This document shows, one piece after another, positions 37,426 through 51,502 of a stretch of DNA of 64,000 nucleotides (position 1 is the stretch's first letter; the number at the start of each line of letters is the position of its first letter). The notes under the pieces were generated by a model. The model was not told where the DNA came from. It made no database searches and worked only from the letters and a program-made list of their open reading frames with translations. Made by a program: the position numbers and the translations under genes. The stretch spans positions 29,326,001 to 29,390,000 of the forward strand of contig NC_042998.1 of assembly GCF_006345805.1 (NCBI RefSeq). Reading direction: 5' to 3'. Source of the stretch: Octopus sinensis. Lineage: Eukaryota.

Positions 37426-38059
37426 CTCCCTTCTCCACCTCTCTGATATTTATCGAAAGAAAGATCCGATGATTTAGGCCAATAAAGCTTGACCCGATAT
37501 CAGCGCAGGTGTTACTATAAGAACTTGAAGAACCGGAATATTTACTACAAAGCAACATGCTCTTCTCTTTAACAGGTCCGTTTATTCACAGCCAAGAAAT
37601 GGTATTTGACATGCAATCTTCCAAACGATTAAAAGGCAAAATTGGTTTGATAAGACTTTGATATCAGAGCGTAGTGAGCCAGAACTAATAGAGAAAAGCA
37701 ATCAACCAATTACATTAATGTCTCTCTTAATTTTTTGATTTAACAGGATACAACTTAGCAGAATATTATTATATCAATTCTACTCGCTTTTGAATAAATC
37801 AAAACATATGAGTTTGTAAATAATGTTGTAACAGGTTATATAATTCCTGCTGTATAACTGGTAAAAAAGATAAAAGATTATTTATACGCATACATTCCAA
37901 AGGACAATATGAGTGCAACTTTAAACTCATTTCGACTATATACTTAATACAAAATGCAGTAAAAATTTTCTGTGGTTTTAGCTTCTCGGCTGTTCTTTTT
38001 TCTATACGAATTCATATTCACACGTACATGTATGTATACATATGTATGTTTGTATGTAG

Positions 38060-38237
38060 GGAGATTTTACGAAAAAAAACAACAAAAGACGAAGATAGGT
38101 GGTGTACAAAAAGGTATTAGTATAACGCTCAGGAATAGAAAAAGTCTTTTACGTTTCGAGCCTACGCTCTTCTACAGAAAGGGACACAGGAAAGAAAACA
38201 AGGAGAGAAAAAAATGTGTGTAGTGGCTAACGATCTG
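38060..38237 (-). mobile_element. Penelope-like terminal repeat with hammerhead-like motif at 38146-38181; second copy ~56105-56290
   Basis: CUUU-CUGUAGA-A-GAGC(guag)GCUC-GAAAC-GUA-AAAG; flanks homologous to the 56.1-kb copy. Confidence 0.55.
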
Positions 38238-39027
38238 TATGTATGCGCGGATGTATACATGCGTGCATGTATGTGATTTTATATACATCTATAATGTATA
38301 TGTGTGAGTCTGTATACACACACACACACACATATATCTGTCAGAGAGAGCTCCTATATTTATTGGACTTACTTATACAGAAGCACACACATTCAGACAA
38401 ATAAATAATATATGCTGTAATCATCCTTCCACATACAATGGATGCATGAGGTTGCATAATTTAAAAGTAGAATAGCCAGGTGCAAACTAACTGTTATGCT
38501 CAACCTGAAATTAATACCAGTCATTCCAAGATAATATGATAATACAGATATCCTACAGCCAGGTGAATTAGAGAAATGTATAGTAAGCAGTTTCCAGTGC
38601 TCAGTAACATGTATTGCGACATTACAATGGATCTCACGTTATATCCATGTGTTTTCGTGTGTCAAGTCATTTCAAAAGCGACAAAAAGTTTTCACTTAAT
38701 TTGCATGTAAATATTCCCTGTGTATGATATTGATTCGGTTATTTTACCTTGATCTTTGGAAACACTTCGAAATATGCTATGCCGCGTTCCCAAGAAGACC
38801 TCCACTATTGTATAGCTTTCTATCGCTTTGTCATTCTAACATTTAATGAAGGTTTCTGTAAGAGAGACAGCCTTTAATGTTCATGTTCTTCAACGGTTCG
38901 AATTTCTTTCTTCTTAGTGATCATCTCTATATTTCCGTAATTCAGAGTCAATGACAACATACCATACACTACTCGACTGTGTAAGAAGATAAAATAATTA
39001 TAGGAACACTCTCTCTCTCAGTCTGGC

Positions 39028-39069
<42 letters not shown>

Positions 39070-39635
39070 GCACGTCTGGCTTACACACACACACACACAC
39101 ACACGCACGTAGTTCACGGATGAGATCCAGAAACTCTCCGTATAGAAGACACTATGGTCAAACGATTCAAACTTAAATTCCGATGTCTTTACAGGGGATC
39201 ATTCCACGGGGTAAAGAAAGGTTATAAGAGGGATCAATTTGAGCGGATATAGAGGCAATTATACGGATAAACAAATTAGACACATGAAATATATTCAATA
39301 TATTAAGCATCAAATACAAAGTATGTTTATATGTATACATGCAAAATGAGAGAAAGCAAAAACTGGAAATCTTCAGATGAATTCTTATGTATAAATAAGA
39401 ATATATATATATATATATATTAGAGAGAAACCGCTATGTGGACACCCTTATGCTAGAAATCGATCCGCTATGGTCTTACCACTAAGAAATGTTCTCAAGA
39501 AAAATTATATATATATATTAGATAAAACCACAATTAGGCAAATCAAACAGTGAAAAACATAAACCAAAACATAGAAATAAAATTAATTAATTTTTCCCTG
39601 TAAGTTTGGATTTACTCCCTAATATTATTATTATT

Positions 39636-39675
<40 letters not shown>

Positions 39676-40397
39676 TTAGAGGTCCAACTTACACAAAATG
39701 CAAATGACAGCGAAAATTAAAGGGGTGCAAGAAAGAAGTTACAACTGTTTCTTGGGGCTCCGTGATCCATAATGATGTTGTTAAACTTAGTACATCACAA
39801 CATCCTGTAGTATGGCTGTAACTAACATTGGATGAGACGAGCCTCCACCATCAGGGTAGAGATCTTACAGTTCTGATCTTAATGCAGAAAAGTTCAAAGA
39901 TGGAATAAGTAAATGTGGAGATCTAACTGCATTAGAAGGATGCTGGTGGTATCACGACAGGGAATAGTGAGAGGAGAAAAGATAGTTCAAGAAGAGTAGG
40001 AGGTTCATAATGACTGTACTAAAGAAGGTAGGAGTAGAAGTGGAAACCGCCTCCAGAAACAGCTGTTGAATTTATAAAACTTTTCTTCCTCCCCTTTCCT
40101 TATCGTTTGTACTCTGTTTAAGTTGGAATTATAAAAATAAATATCTACAGATTTATAGTTAAAAATTCATCGTCTGAAAGTCACCCCTTTTTCCTTCCTC
40201 TCGTTTTGCATGTTTACATACATGCAGCATACTTTGTATCTGATGTTTAGTGTATAAAATATATTTGATGTGTTTAATTTGTGTATGTGGGTGTGTGTAT
40301 CCCTATATAATTACGGATAAAATCGTTATTTTGAATAGCGATCAAAACACGTGGCAGCATGGAAAGAAAAAAAACATATATTATAATAATTATTGAA

Positions 40398-40573
40398 ATT
40401 ATAAATAAGGATATCTAAAAGATATCATCATGCTTGAAATAGCAGTCAAAACCTTGTTCTATTTGTCTATTTGTCCTTTCATTTTGTACTGTATTGAGTA
40501 GTTGATGTGGTTTTAGAGTCAAGTTTTGACTGCTATTTCAAGCATAGTGGTATCTCTTAGATACCCTTATTTA

Positions 40574-40577
<4 letters not shown>
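40398..40577. repeat. Inverted-repeat element (~55-bp arms, ~70-bp spacer) next to (TA)n
   Basis: attataaataaggatatctaaaagatatcatcatgcttgaaatagcagtcaaaac vs gttttgactgctatttcaagcatagtggtatctcttagatacccttatttataat. Confidence 0.85.
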
Positions 40578-40612
<35 letters not shown>

Positions 40613-40714
40613 CGCTTTTAAAATGTCACAGTGTGCCAAGAGACATCGTTGTGTTTACTTCGCAAGTTGTGGAATTTGTATTTTCGTGATCACGTGTATG
40701 CTGTAGTCTGCGAT

Positions 40715-41480
40715 TTTTCTCTTTGACAGGAAGCTGGGACAAGCAGCAAAAAGGAAGTTTTGTGTTAAACTTGGAAAGTCTGCTACAGAGACATTGAGCT
40801 TGCTTCAGCAGGTGTAAACTGTTGAGGCAATGGGTCGTACGTAATGTTTTGAGTGGCCCGGACGTTTTAAAAGCGGAAGTACATCCCTGAAAGACGATGA
40901 CCGATCTGGAAAACCTGCCACGAGCATCATCCTCGGACATGTGGAGAAAGTTCATCAGCTTATGCATGAAATTTTGAAGCGAGGACATCTGGCGAAGGAA
41001 AGACATCTGGAGAAGGAAGGACATCTGGCGAAGGAAGGACATCTGCCGAAGGGAAGACATCTGGCGAAGCGAGGACATCTGGCGAAAGCGACCGGATCTA
41101 CGGAGCATGAAGAATTGAATTCTTCACGACGACAATGCAACCTGCGTCTGAGCTCTCCTCATCCGCGAGTTTCTCTCCAAAAGCAACATTGTATCGTTTC
41201 TGCACCCGCCTTATTCGCTAGATTTAGCATCTGAAGACTTCCAACTCTTTCCAAGATGAAAAAGTAGTTCAAAGGTCACCGTTGTCGAGAACCAGATCGA
41301 ATCGCAGAAGGTCCTCGTCTCACTTACGGAAAAAAAAAACTAGCAGTCTGGATTCCAAAAGTGGCAGAAGCCATAGGATCGGTGTACTGCTGTACAAAGT
41401 GAGTGCTTAGAAGGAGATGATGTTAAAAGTTGGGTAAATAAGTTATTTTTTATTAAACATAACTAGCCCGGAAAACTTTT
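40715..41480 (+). mobile_element. Internally deleted mariner relic
   Basis: N-terminal KFCVKLGKSATETLSLLQQ...CFEW..RFKSGSTSLKDDDRSGKP; later HDDNA and LDLASEDFQLFP; catalytic middle largely missing. Confidence 0.8.
40981..41088 (+). repeat. 18-bp minisatellite x6 (core gacatctggcgaag) inside the mariner relic
   Basis: Direct reading. Confidence 0.92.
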
Positions 41481-41484
41481 GCTA

Positions 41485-41520
<36 letters not shown>

Positions 41521-42791
41521 GAGATATATGCGCACACAAACGTATATATACGTATATGTATATGCGCGCGTGTGTGTGTATGTGTAAAAAGAACACCTCT
41601 ATCAAGAAGATGTGGCTGATATAATCTGGAAATGTTGATAACAATGAATTTGGGAACGTTATTGTTCTAAACGAAATATACTCTGATACTCAGATACAAA
41701 GAAATATTAATAAAAACACTGAATTAGAACATAGTCGTTTTTCAATAAGATATATTTAAAAGAAAATCTTATCTCGCTACACAATATACGCACATGGATA
41801 TTCACGGACGTATATGTATGAATTTACTTGTGTATATTTCTCTGTACTTGTGTGAGCGTGATTGTGTATGTTCTATGAACGTGTCTGTCTGCAACAAATA
41901 TTTGAATTGGTTTTCAGGACGACACCTGGCGCTCCATCTTTGTATATGATAATGTATAATTTTTCGTATACGATTTTTGCATAAGTGTGTGCGTGTTTGT
42001 GTTCCGTGTATCAGTGTGTCTGCAAGAAATGTATGAATTGGATTTGAAGAAGGTACCAAGTGCTCTAATTTAGTAAGAAGTTTAATTTTTTTCTGTTACT
42101 ACGAGTGCTAAAGCTATTTGATTCGGACTTTGCTCGCAGTATAAGTGTCATTGAAAAATGTCTGCTATTGTTTACCAGAAATAAATTTCGAAAATAACTA
42201 GATAAAATAAAAAACTGAAAAATATAAAAATATAATATACGCATAAGTATATAAACGGTGAGTACTAATAAAGTGATTTTACTGCTGCGCTCCATAAGTA
42301 ATAAGTACACTATATTTTTCTCTTGTACTTTCACATAGCGTTATCTATAACGATGTTATGTAGAAAATAAGAAATCAAATTTTGTTGATAAGTAGATTCG
42401 TTTGACTGTCGGAGAAAATGTCTTCCAATATTCCAACTTCGGAGTTCAAATCCCACCGAGGCGAACATTGTTTTTCATAATTCCCAAATCGATAAATTAT
42501 AGTACCAATCAAGTTCCGAGTTCGATTTAATCGAATAACGCCCTCTTCTATAATGTTAGGCCTTCACCTAAGGTAGGAACGTACGTGTTTATAACCGTAC
42601 ATCTGTATATGCATCCACATTATAGAGAGCAAGGCAAGCTCCTTCGCTATGTCAATAATACGTGATATAACAGTTATGTTGTAAATAAATGTCTATAAGC
42701 ACAAATTTAATATAATCTACTTACATCTGTCCAACAGTTCCGGCTTAGTTTATTTGTTTTGCATTCTTATTCCATTCATCTTATACGTAAT

Positions 42792-43775
42792 AAGGCGGCG
42801 AGGTGGCAGAAACGTTAGCACTCCGTTTGAAATGCTTAGCGATATTTCGTCTGTGTGAGTTGGAAGTGTTGGTATTGCTGCCGAAGTGCGTCTGTATAGT
42901 AAGTGTAGTTTCTGTTGGCTGTTTCCGTGTTGTTGCATGTATAGTTGCTGTTAAAATTTGTATAATAGTTTTTGTTCGAAAACTATTGTGTTTTTTCCCT
43001 GTAGGGGGGAATACTAAATTGCTGGCAAGATGCCAAAAAGTTTGTATTCGACAGATTTAGAGGCCACAAAAGTGGAAAACGTAGTATTGGAAGATGTTTC
43101 GGATTCGTCTGAGAGCGAATTCCTACCGTTGCAAGGAAGAGTGTCGAAGTGGAAAGACTTCAAACGGAGGCGGGTAAACAGAAAAGAAGTTTTGCATCTG
43201 CAGCTGGAGACTGAACTCGCCAACTGTCGACGAAGAAAAATGACGTTTTAATGTGCAAGGACATGATAAAAATTCAAGACGGCGTTGTCAAGGTTCAACT
43301 CCCAGAAAAGCTTTTATTGACAGAGAAGAAAAAAAACCAATTATATTTAAAACATACTGCCGAAAAGAAAGAAAAATCGAGCGACTAAGCGAGGAGAAAG
43401 TAGAAAAATGTCTAAAGCCCTTATAGCAGGATATAACATATCTAGCCAGAGGGAAAAAATTCGGTACCATCGAGGTACACCTAAAAAACATATAAACTGC
43501 ACAATCGAACTCGATAAAATCCTTGGAAACAGAAGATGTGATTTTAATACCAATATACATTGGTATGAGGACTTCCCAAATACAAATACCAAATGTCCCA
43601 CCTCAAGTCGACCCTATGTGGTTGATGGCGGCAGTCCTTCAGAAAGAGTAGATGAGATAACAAAACTTCAGGCTACCGTTGCAGAAAAGGCAAATTGGAC
43701 CGCCAACACGGTCCACCTGTTAATTCAAACAGAACGGGCTCTATTAGAACAGCTTCCAGAAAAAATATAGGTTTG
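42792..43775 (+). pseudogene. SINE-B head (42792-42853) joined to a degenerate ORF1-like relic homologous to the 25-kb ORF
   Basis: EITKLQATV...LLIQTERALLEQLPEKI aligns with EVDILHATV...INVQAEAEILEQLPENI. Confidence 0.5.
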
Positions 43776-44754
43776 TCGATGCAAACTGCAAAAATACGTG
43801 TGTATGTGTGTTATGCAAGAACACGTGCACACTTATATAAGGCAAAATACTTGAAAAGTCTATTTCGCAATCACTAGTCTTCGGGTTCGATCCCACATTG
43901 TAGCGCGTTGGCCTGATGTTATTTTGTATAGATTCCAAAGCACTTGGATCTTGTTTTTACTCAATTTCCGATGGGGGAAACTGTACAAAACCTCGTAGGA
44001 TGGGTGTATTTGCAATTCAAAAGTCAAACCTTGCCCCAATATGTCACACAGATGCTACCTGAGAAAGACATGAAAGCTAGAAATATCTGTGGAATACTCG
44101 GTTGCTCACATACATTGAGCCTCATATTTCAGTTGGGTAAAGAACTGAAATCTTAATGATTGGATATTCTGTCCATGATCAACTACACACGCAAAGGTTT
44201 TTTGAAATATTGGGATACAACAAGTCAAAGATTATCTTTGTTTGAGGTTTCCTCATATGGCAATGAGGCTAGAAACTTTAGTGCAAGAAGTGAAATTGAT
44301 AGTTCCTACATCGTGCGACCAATTATGAATCTCGTATAGAGGTTCATTAAGCTTAACGCGCAGAATTTCAACTGACGGAATCGATTACCAAACGACGGTA
44401 ACTGAATATTATGTAGCGAAGATAATATTTCACGAATGAAAGATGCGATCTGCACATAAGTCATAAACGTAGTTAAATAAGGTTGTAATTGATGGAATCT
44501 TGGTATTGAGGTTGAGGTCTTCCTGTGAGGAAGACATACTGGTTACGGCACAAAGTTTAAAAATTCACGAGAAGTAGCTTTCAATGACAAATTCTAAATA
44601 AATATTAAATCGTTAATCTCTTAAAACGTTAGTGTTTCTTAACACTTTGTTTTTATCAATTCCATCTCGCTTTAAATCGTTTGAATAATTTTGTATTAAT
44701 ATATTAATAATTTTAAACATACTATGGTACTAGTTGTTCACTATAACCAACGTA

Positions 44755-46027
44755 CGAGGGGCGTTCAATAAGTAATGCCCCTGACTCACTTCCCATAGTA
44801 GTAGAGCAACGAAACTTGGCACAGTTATTAGTCTTTTTCTACATAGGAACCACTCAGAGTTACGCATTTCTGCCATCGTTTGATGCAGCGCTGGAGACCG
44901 TTTTTGTAGAAGACCCCAGCTTGGTCCTCCAACCACGACGTGACTTTAGAAATCAAGGCTGCATCATCTGTGAAATGCTTTCCTTTCAAAAAAAACTTCA
45001 TGGCTGGGAAGAGGTGAAAATCAGAGGGTGCAAGGTCAGGAGCGTAGGGGGGATGGGGGAGGAGTTCATAGCAGCACGCCTGTGCTTCTGATCTGGCGAC
45101 ACGCGAGTTGTGAACCGGAGCGTTGTCCTGCAGGAGGAGGATGCCTTTGCTGATCTTGCCCCGCCTCTTGATTTTGATAGCTTCTCATAATTTCCTCAAA
45201 AGTGAAGCATAATAGGCTCCTGTAATTGTGGTACCCTTTGCCAGGAAATCTGTCATTACTACTCCGTCCTGGTCCCAGAAGACTGTGAGCATGACCTTGC
45301 CAGCGGAGGGCTGCACCCTTGCCTTCTTTGGAGGAGGTGCGTCACGGTGCTTCCACTGCATTGACTGGGCTTTGGTCTCTGAATCATAGTGATGGACCCA
45401 GGTTTCATCCTGTGTAATCAGTCTTTTGAAAAATTTTGACTCATCTTCTTGGCACATCTCCAAATTCATCCTCGAGCACTCGACGCGTTCTTGCTTCTGG
45501 AAAGGTGTGAGCAACCTAGGAATCCATCTGGCAGACACCTTTTGCATATGCAAATGGTCATGAATGATAGTTTCCACAGACCCGGTACTAATCTTGACCT
45601 CATGGGCTATTTGGCGAATAGTTATGCATCGATCTTCCAAAATGGCAGCCTCAACTTGACGGACAGATGCCTCATCAATGGCAGAAGGGGGTGACCAGAT
45701 CTGGGAGCTGTTTCCACAGAATTCTGACCATGTTTGAATTCACGATGCCAGCGTTTTACAAGGTCATATGATGGGGCATCATCACCATAAGTTACTTTCA
45801 TTTCATCAAAAGTCTCCTGTGTTGTGCGTCCTTTCAAACACAAAAACGGGATCACTGCTCGACACTCAACAGGCTCCATTTCACACTTGACTCAGTTCAA
45901 ACACCTGTAAATCAGAAACCACAATTATCTCAGAGCTGTAGAGATATAAATAATTGCACATGAAAAATTTCAGCTAGATCAAACAACTGCAAGTGGGTCA
46001 GAGGCATTACTTATTGAACGTCCCTCG
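44755..46027 (-). mobile_element. Full-length mariner (DD34D) transposon, ~1.27 kb
   Basis: TIRs cgagggggcgttcaataagtaatgcccctgac / gtcagaggcattacttattgaacgtccctcg; TA TSDs at 44753-44754 and 46028-46029. Confidence 0.97.
44828..45879 (-). pseudogene. Mariner transposase pseudogene (one frameshift near 45660, one in-frame TGA at ~45185)
   Basis: HTH MEPVECRAVI...RWHREFK; TQDETWVHHY, MLTVFWD, QDNA-34 aa-SDFHLF, YAPDLAP. Confidence 0.95.
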
Positions 46028-48039
46028 TAGTAAAGAATCAGACACTTCACTATTATTTGATAACAATATTTGTGTATAAATTACTTAAAACTGGATGTTA
46101 TTTAGAACACACAATATGGCGATAGTTACCATGAGAGAAGCTTTCATATTGGCTTATGACTTTACACATAAAAGTATATGATAAATTAAGCTTAACCAAT
46201 AGCATTTATAAGAATTTACACTTTATTTTATTCATAAACAGATACATTGATTATGTTATTTCGGCTTGGAGATGACCTTAACCGACCAAGTCACTTATGC
46301 GAGTTGGATTGCCAATATATTGTAGAGCAGCTCAGCCTAACTCCGAGGAAGAACATTGGAAATAAGTAATTTTAATACGATTACCAACTCAGTCATGCAC
46401 CGCAGTTATTTTGGGTATCACGAATGTCAGATGTACCAATACAGTCCACAAAATGAGACAGAAATGAAGAAAATTTCTTTGTATATGACAAAATATTTCA
46501 TGGCAGACAAATTACAATCACGTTTTCTTTTACAATTATATTTCATCTTGTCAATTCAAATATCATTAAATGCACTCTAACTACAACTGATCTTCACAAA
46601 AGATGAAATATAAAATATATTTCAACTTGTAGACAAAGTAACGCTGAGAAATATATATTGTTTTAAAGGAATAAAGAAATCAATTTATGTGAGCCAAGCT
46701 GAAGGGGATTATAATTAAAAATTCTTTCGCAACTGATTCTAGGATTTGTTGCTGTCTTAGACAAGGGACAGCTTCCCATTCATATTTCTTGTTAACATGG
46801 GGTTTCAACAGATGTGTATATATATAGTCACATACACTTACACACACATTTATCAAGGGACTTTATTACTGCGGATCCATGCGATAATTTGTACGTTATA
46901 CAATGTATGGTAGACGTAACTGTAACGATTTCTTCTGAGATCGATCTTTGAAGGACAATAATTTTTCAGGTAACGCTCCCCCACAAAACTTTGATCGAAA
47001 ATATGGTAGACTAAAAGAAAGTGGCAGTGATTCGGGAGGAGAGAGAAGCAAAAGACGTAGACCCGGAGGAACAGTAATGGAAGTTAAATATAATGTCATG
47101 TGTCAACCATTTAGAAGTATTTGATTGTTAATTTTAGCAGAACAGATGTCAAGCAAAGGTAAAAGAAAGTCAATGACATTTTTGACGGAAGACAACTATA
47201 CAGAATGTGATGGCATTCATACAAACAATAAGCTTGCACATGCGCACACCTACATATGCATGTGTAGTTGCCCTGATGCTACCACAGATATGGAAGCACT
47301 GGGTACACAGCGTATGATCGCACACGGAAGGGTATACATGCTAGCTTACACATACAGACTCACACGTAATAAATAATATCTAGGGAATGGTTTCTAATTT
47401 AGGAATAAGCCCAGGAGTATTGTGGGATGGGAGGTGAGGTTAGCCGATACCATCGACACCTATACTTGACCGGAACTATACTTTATCGACATTGAAACTA
47501 TGAAAGGCAAGGATTTTATCGACATTGAAACGACGAAAGGCAAGGATGAACTTAGCTGAAATTGACCCCAGAACGTGAAGAGTCACAAAACACTTTTTCG
47601 ACATTCTAATTATTTTGAAGCCTCACTGCATTTGACCAGGTATCTAATGTACATTGTTTTATTAAGTGGGACTACGTACATTAGTGGCACTATGTACATT
47701 TAGTGTCTGCATGAACTCCACCGTACAGAAATACTCGCATTGGTTTAAAATGCAAGTATCTAGAGGCCTTAATCTGAACTGAACCTCTCAGTAACCTCGG
47801 ACGATAGTAAAATGTAAATGCCCCGCAATCGCATTTAATAATCCCTAGAATGGACCGATTACATTAATAGTTTAGTGGAATGCTTCCCATGTCTTTGTAA
47901 TCTGTAAAGGTACACTCACAATGTATATATGTATATAAGCTTGGTACATATATGTACTCACTTAAATCGTAAGCAGACGAGAATCACCCGTTCCGGGCGC
48001 CGCCGAACCTCTTTTTTACATGGTTTTGCATACCAGTAA

Positions 48040-48070
<31 letters not shown>

Positions 48071-48148
48071 TGTATGTATGTATGTATGTATGTATGTATG
48101 TATGTATGTATGCATGCATGTATGTTTGTATGTATGTATGTATGTATG
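48040..48148. repeat. (TATG)n microsatellite
   Basis: Direct reading. Confidence 0.95.
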
Positions 48149-49072
48149 TCTCTCCTTTTTTTAATTATTATAAAACTACCACTGAGGAAGGAGCCGGTTT
48201 CCAACAAAGGTACAAGGCTCCATCTTTGGGATGTAGTTAACACAGACACATTCATATTGGGAACTTGAGAAAAGTCTTGCATATTTTTAGTGTTCCACTT
48301 ACAGATTGTACTTTTAATATACGAGTCAGCCGGTCAATTTCTCTACCTGAAAATCCCAGTTTATCCAGATTCTCCTTTAAGCATTTACTAACAAAACCTA
48401 GTGCTCCAATTATTATTGGTATGAATATGAATTCATAGTGTGGATATAGAAGCTGAAGGTTTCAAAGCAGTTGTCCATAGATATCCTCTTTTTCTTTCAT
48501 TTTCATATCTGCAGGGAAGCTGATCTCTATGATGGTACATACCTTTGTCCCTCTGTCCCAAACAACAATATCTGACCTGTTATATTTACATTTGATAGAG
48601 GTTCTGATGGGAATATTCCACCAGTATTTTTTGAGTTGATGTTTATCAATGTATTCCATAACAGGGGTTTTCTACCTTTATTTCAGGGCAGTCTTTTTCG
48701 CAGATAGTATTGTAAATTGTTTTAGCAACATCGTGCTGCATAGAGAGGTAATACCGTGACGTCATTTTAGGACAGCTGCTCATCAAATGCATGAAGTCTT
48801 CCACAGAAACATGACATAGCCTCAACCTGCGGTTGCACCTTGGGATTACAAGAGCGTCGCTATCTCTCTTGTTCACCAGGTACTTTGTGGCAATTTCCTG
48901 TTCCTGGATTGCAAACGCATAGCCTTCAAAGTGTGATGTGATGTAGTTGTCTTGTGTCTAAGAGTGGCTGCTCTTGGTGTCAATTCTACTGTCTTCTTCA
49001 AGCTTCCGGGCAACATACCCATGCATGGTCTCTTCACTGCATTAATATATTTATTTTTGCAGCTTTGTTTAA
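48149..49072 (-). mobile_element. 5'-truncated R4/Dong-clade non-LTR retrotransposon (CCHC finger, restriction-like endonuclease, 3' UTR)
   Basis: ITSHFEGYAFAIQEQEIATKYL; RLCHVSVEDFMHLMSSCP...QHDVAK; NRSDIVVWDRGTKVCTIIEISFP; (TATG)n on both sides. Confidence 0.85.
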
Positions 49073-49400
<328 letters not shown>

Positions 49401-49671
49401 ATACATACATTCATACACACCTTCATACATGTTCTTCAGGAAGGCAGGCATTGGAGAGATCTTCCGTCTCGGGCCTTGCCTGAATCTGTATCACCCAAAC
49501 GGGTCACGTATGACATAATATGAATATCACGAGGAGCGGGGATAGCGGAGTAAGTGTGAAATTCCTTAGTTAAAGTGTCGCAAAATAGTTAGAACCAAGA
49601 ATCAGAGGTTACTGTTTATTATGGTAACGATAAATAAGGGAGGGGTAATTGCGGTAACGATAAATAAATTA

Positions 49672-49905
49672 AGGCGGCGAGCTGGCAGAAACGTTAGCAC
49701 GCCGGGCGAAATGCGTAGTCGTATTTCGTCTGCCGTTACGTTCTGAGTTCAAATTCCGCCGAGGTCGACTTTACCTTTCATCCTTTCGGGGTCGATAAAT
49801 TTAGTACCAGTTACGCACTGGGGTTGATGTAATCGACTTAATCCGTTTGTCTGTCCTTGTTTGTCCCTTCTATGTTTAGCTCCTAGTGGGTAGTAAAAAA
49901 AAATA
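49672..49905 (+). mobile_element. SINE family B
   Basis: Near-consensus aaggcggcgagctggcagaaacgttagcacgccgggcgaaatgc...gggtagtaaa. Confidence 0.92.
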
Positions 49906-50398
49906 TAAATAAGGAAAGGGAAAAAGGTGGTAGCAAATCCGAAATCCAGGAAGCAGTCACATGATCGTTTTTTTTTTTTGTTTTGGATGTGATTCAGTAT
50001 GACTGTGTTCATAGCAGCAAAACCGTTCGAAATGTAGGATCATCATTCTACGGTGGGTCTCACGTGAGCTTTGTAGAGGCTTACTACTTACTAGGTCCTG
50101 GATTATTTTCTGACTCTGAAGTGGAAGCTGGCTCTATGTAATTCAGACTTTGCAATGGAGAAGAAAGATACGCATCCACTCTACCAGGATTAAAAGGAAT
50201 TCTAGAGACCTCTCTCGTACACTGTTCATCATTTATCTGCTGCTTTTGCAAGCCTAGACAAGCTATTTTGTGGAAAACTGAATGTCACTTATGTATGAGT
50301 CAAATATCCATGCTACCGATGTTTTCCATGGGGAATACTTCGGCTTGAGATCTGATACATCTTGGCATCAGTGGCTTTGGTGGTATTGTCAGAAAGCT

Positions 50399-50636
50399 AA
50401 GGCGGCGAGCTGGCAGAAACGTTAGCACGCTGGGCGAAATGCGTAGCCGAATTTCATCTGCCGTTACGTTCTGAGTTCAAATTCCGCCGAGGTCGACTTT
50501 GCCTTTCATCCTTTCGGGGTCGATAAATTAAGTACCAGTTACGCACTGGGGTCGATATAATCGACTTAATCCGTCTGTCTGTCCTTGTATGCCCTCTCTG
50601 TGTTTAGCCCCTTGTGGGTAGTAAAGAAATAGGTAT
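50399..50636 (+). mobile_element. SINE family B
   Basis: Near-consensus; candidate TSD ggtattgt(c/a)aga(a/c)ag. Confidence 0.92.
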
Positions 50637-51419
50637 TGTAAGACAGTAAATAGCCGGAACGCGATTCCGCAAGGAGTCTCATTTGATGTTTCGATTATTC
50701 CACCAATCCAATGCTATAGTTTGGAATTTATATCATCTCCAAAAGAATGAAAGACTCTACTTATAAGTCGATGGGATTTAATGAGATTGCACCTGCTTTA
50801 TAAGAATTCAGGAAATACAATCATTTAAGGCTCCACAAGTGATGACGTTCATCACTGGATTAAATAACTAAATATACGTTAGCATATGCAAGCATTTTCC
50901 CAACAGATTTATTAAAAAATTGAGCCATGCCAAGGTAGAAACCGTATCTTGCTTCATATATATCTCTTGTCAATAAATTTATAATAATCCAAGCGGAAAA
51001 AATCCTTGGGAAAGTTGCCATTCGTGAAAATGAGCTACAGTTAAAAATACGAAAATTATGTTTTCCTTTAATAACGGTTCTGCGATTTTCTTTTCTTTTC
51101 TTATTTACTTACTTTTCGTGCAGATCAATGAAAGTAAAATATTTCCCTAAATACAAGCGTTTATAATTGAAACTGAAATTGAAAAATAATATATGATGAA
51201 AACCTTGTCGAGATATATTGAAATGTATGGCAGATTTTATTAAAATAATCTTTATTTTATTTACAAAAGTAAAGGTTTTTTCATAGATTTCAATTACTAC
51301 TAGGATCAAGCGGGTATATTTTAAATTAAAAGAACTAATCATACAGAAATTTTTTCAAATATATTAACAGAATATTTATCTTTCTTCAATTTCAAACTTG
51401 CTCTCTGCCATTTCGCATT

Positions 51420-51471
51420 CACATACATACATACGTACGTACATACATACATACATACATACATACATACA

Positions 51472-51502
<31 letters not shown>

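Noticed and set aside
39425-39500. GUGGACA...GAAA-UCGA-UC hammerhead-like string
   Set aside because: Neither stem I nor stem II pairs.
39780-40010. Possible CR1/L2 3' remnant on the minus strand
   Set aside because: Similarity too weak to support by eye.
40981-41088. CRISPR-like array
   Set aside because: Contiguous repeats without spacers, in eukaryotic transposon context, with no cas genes.
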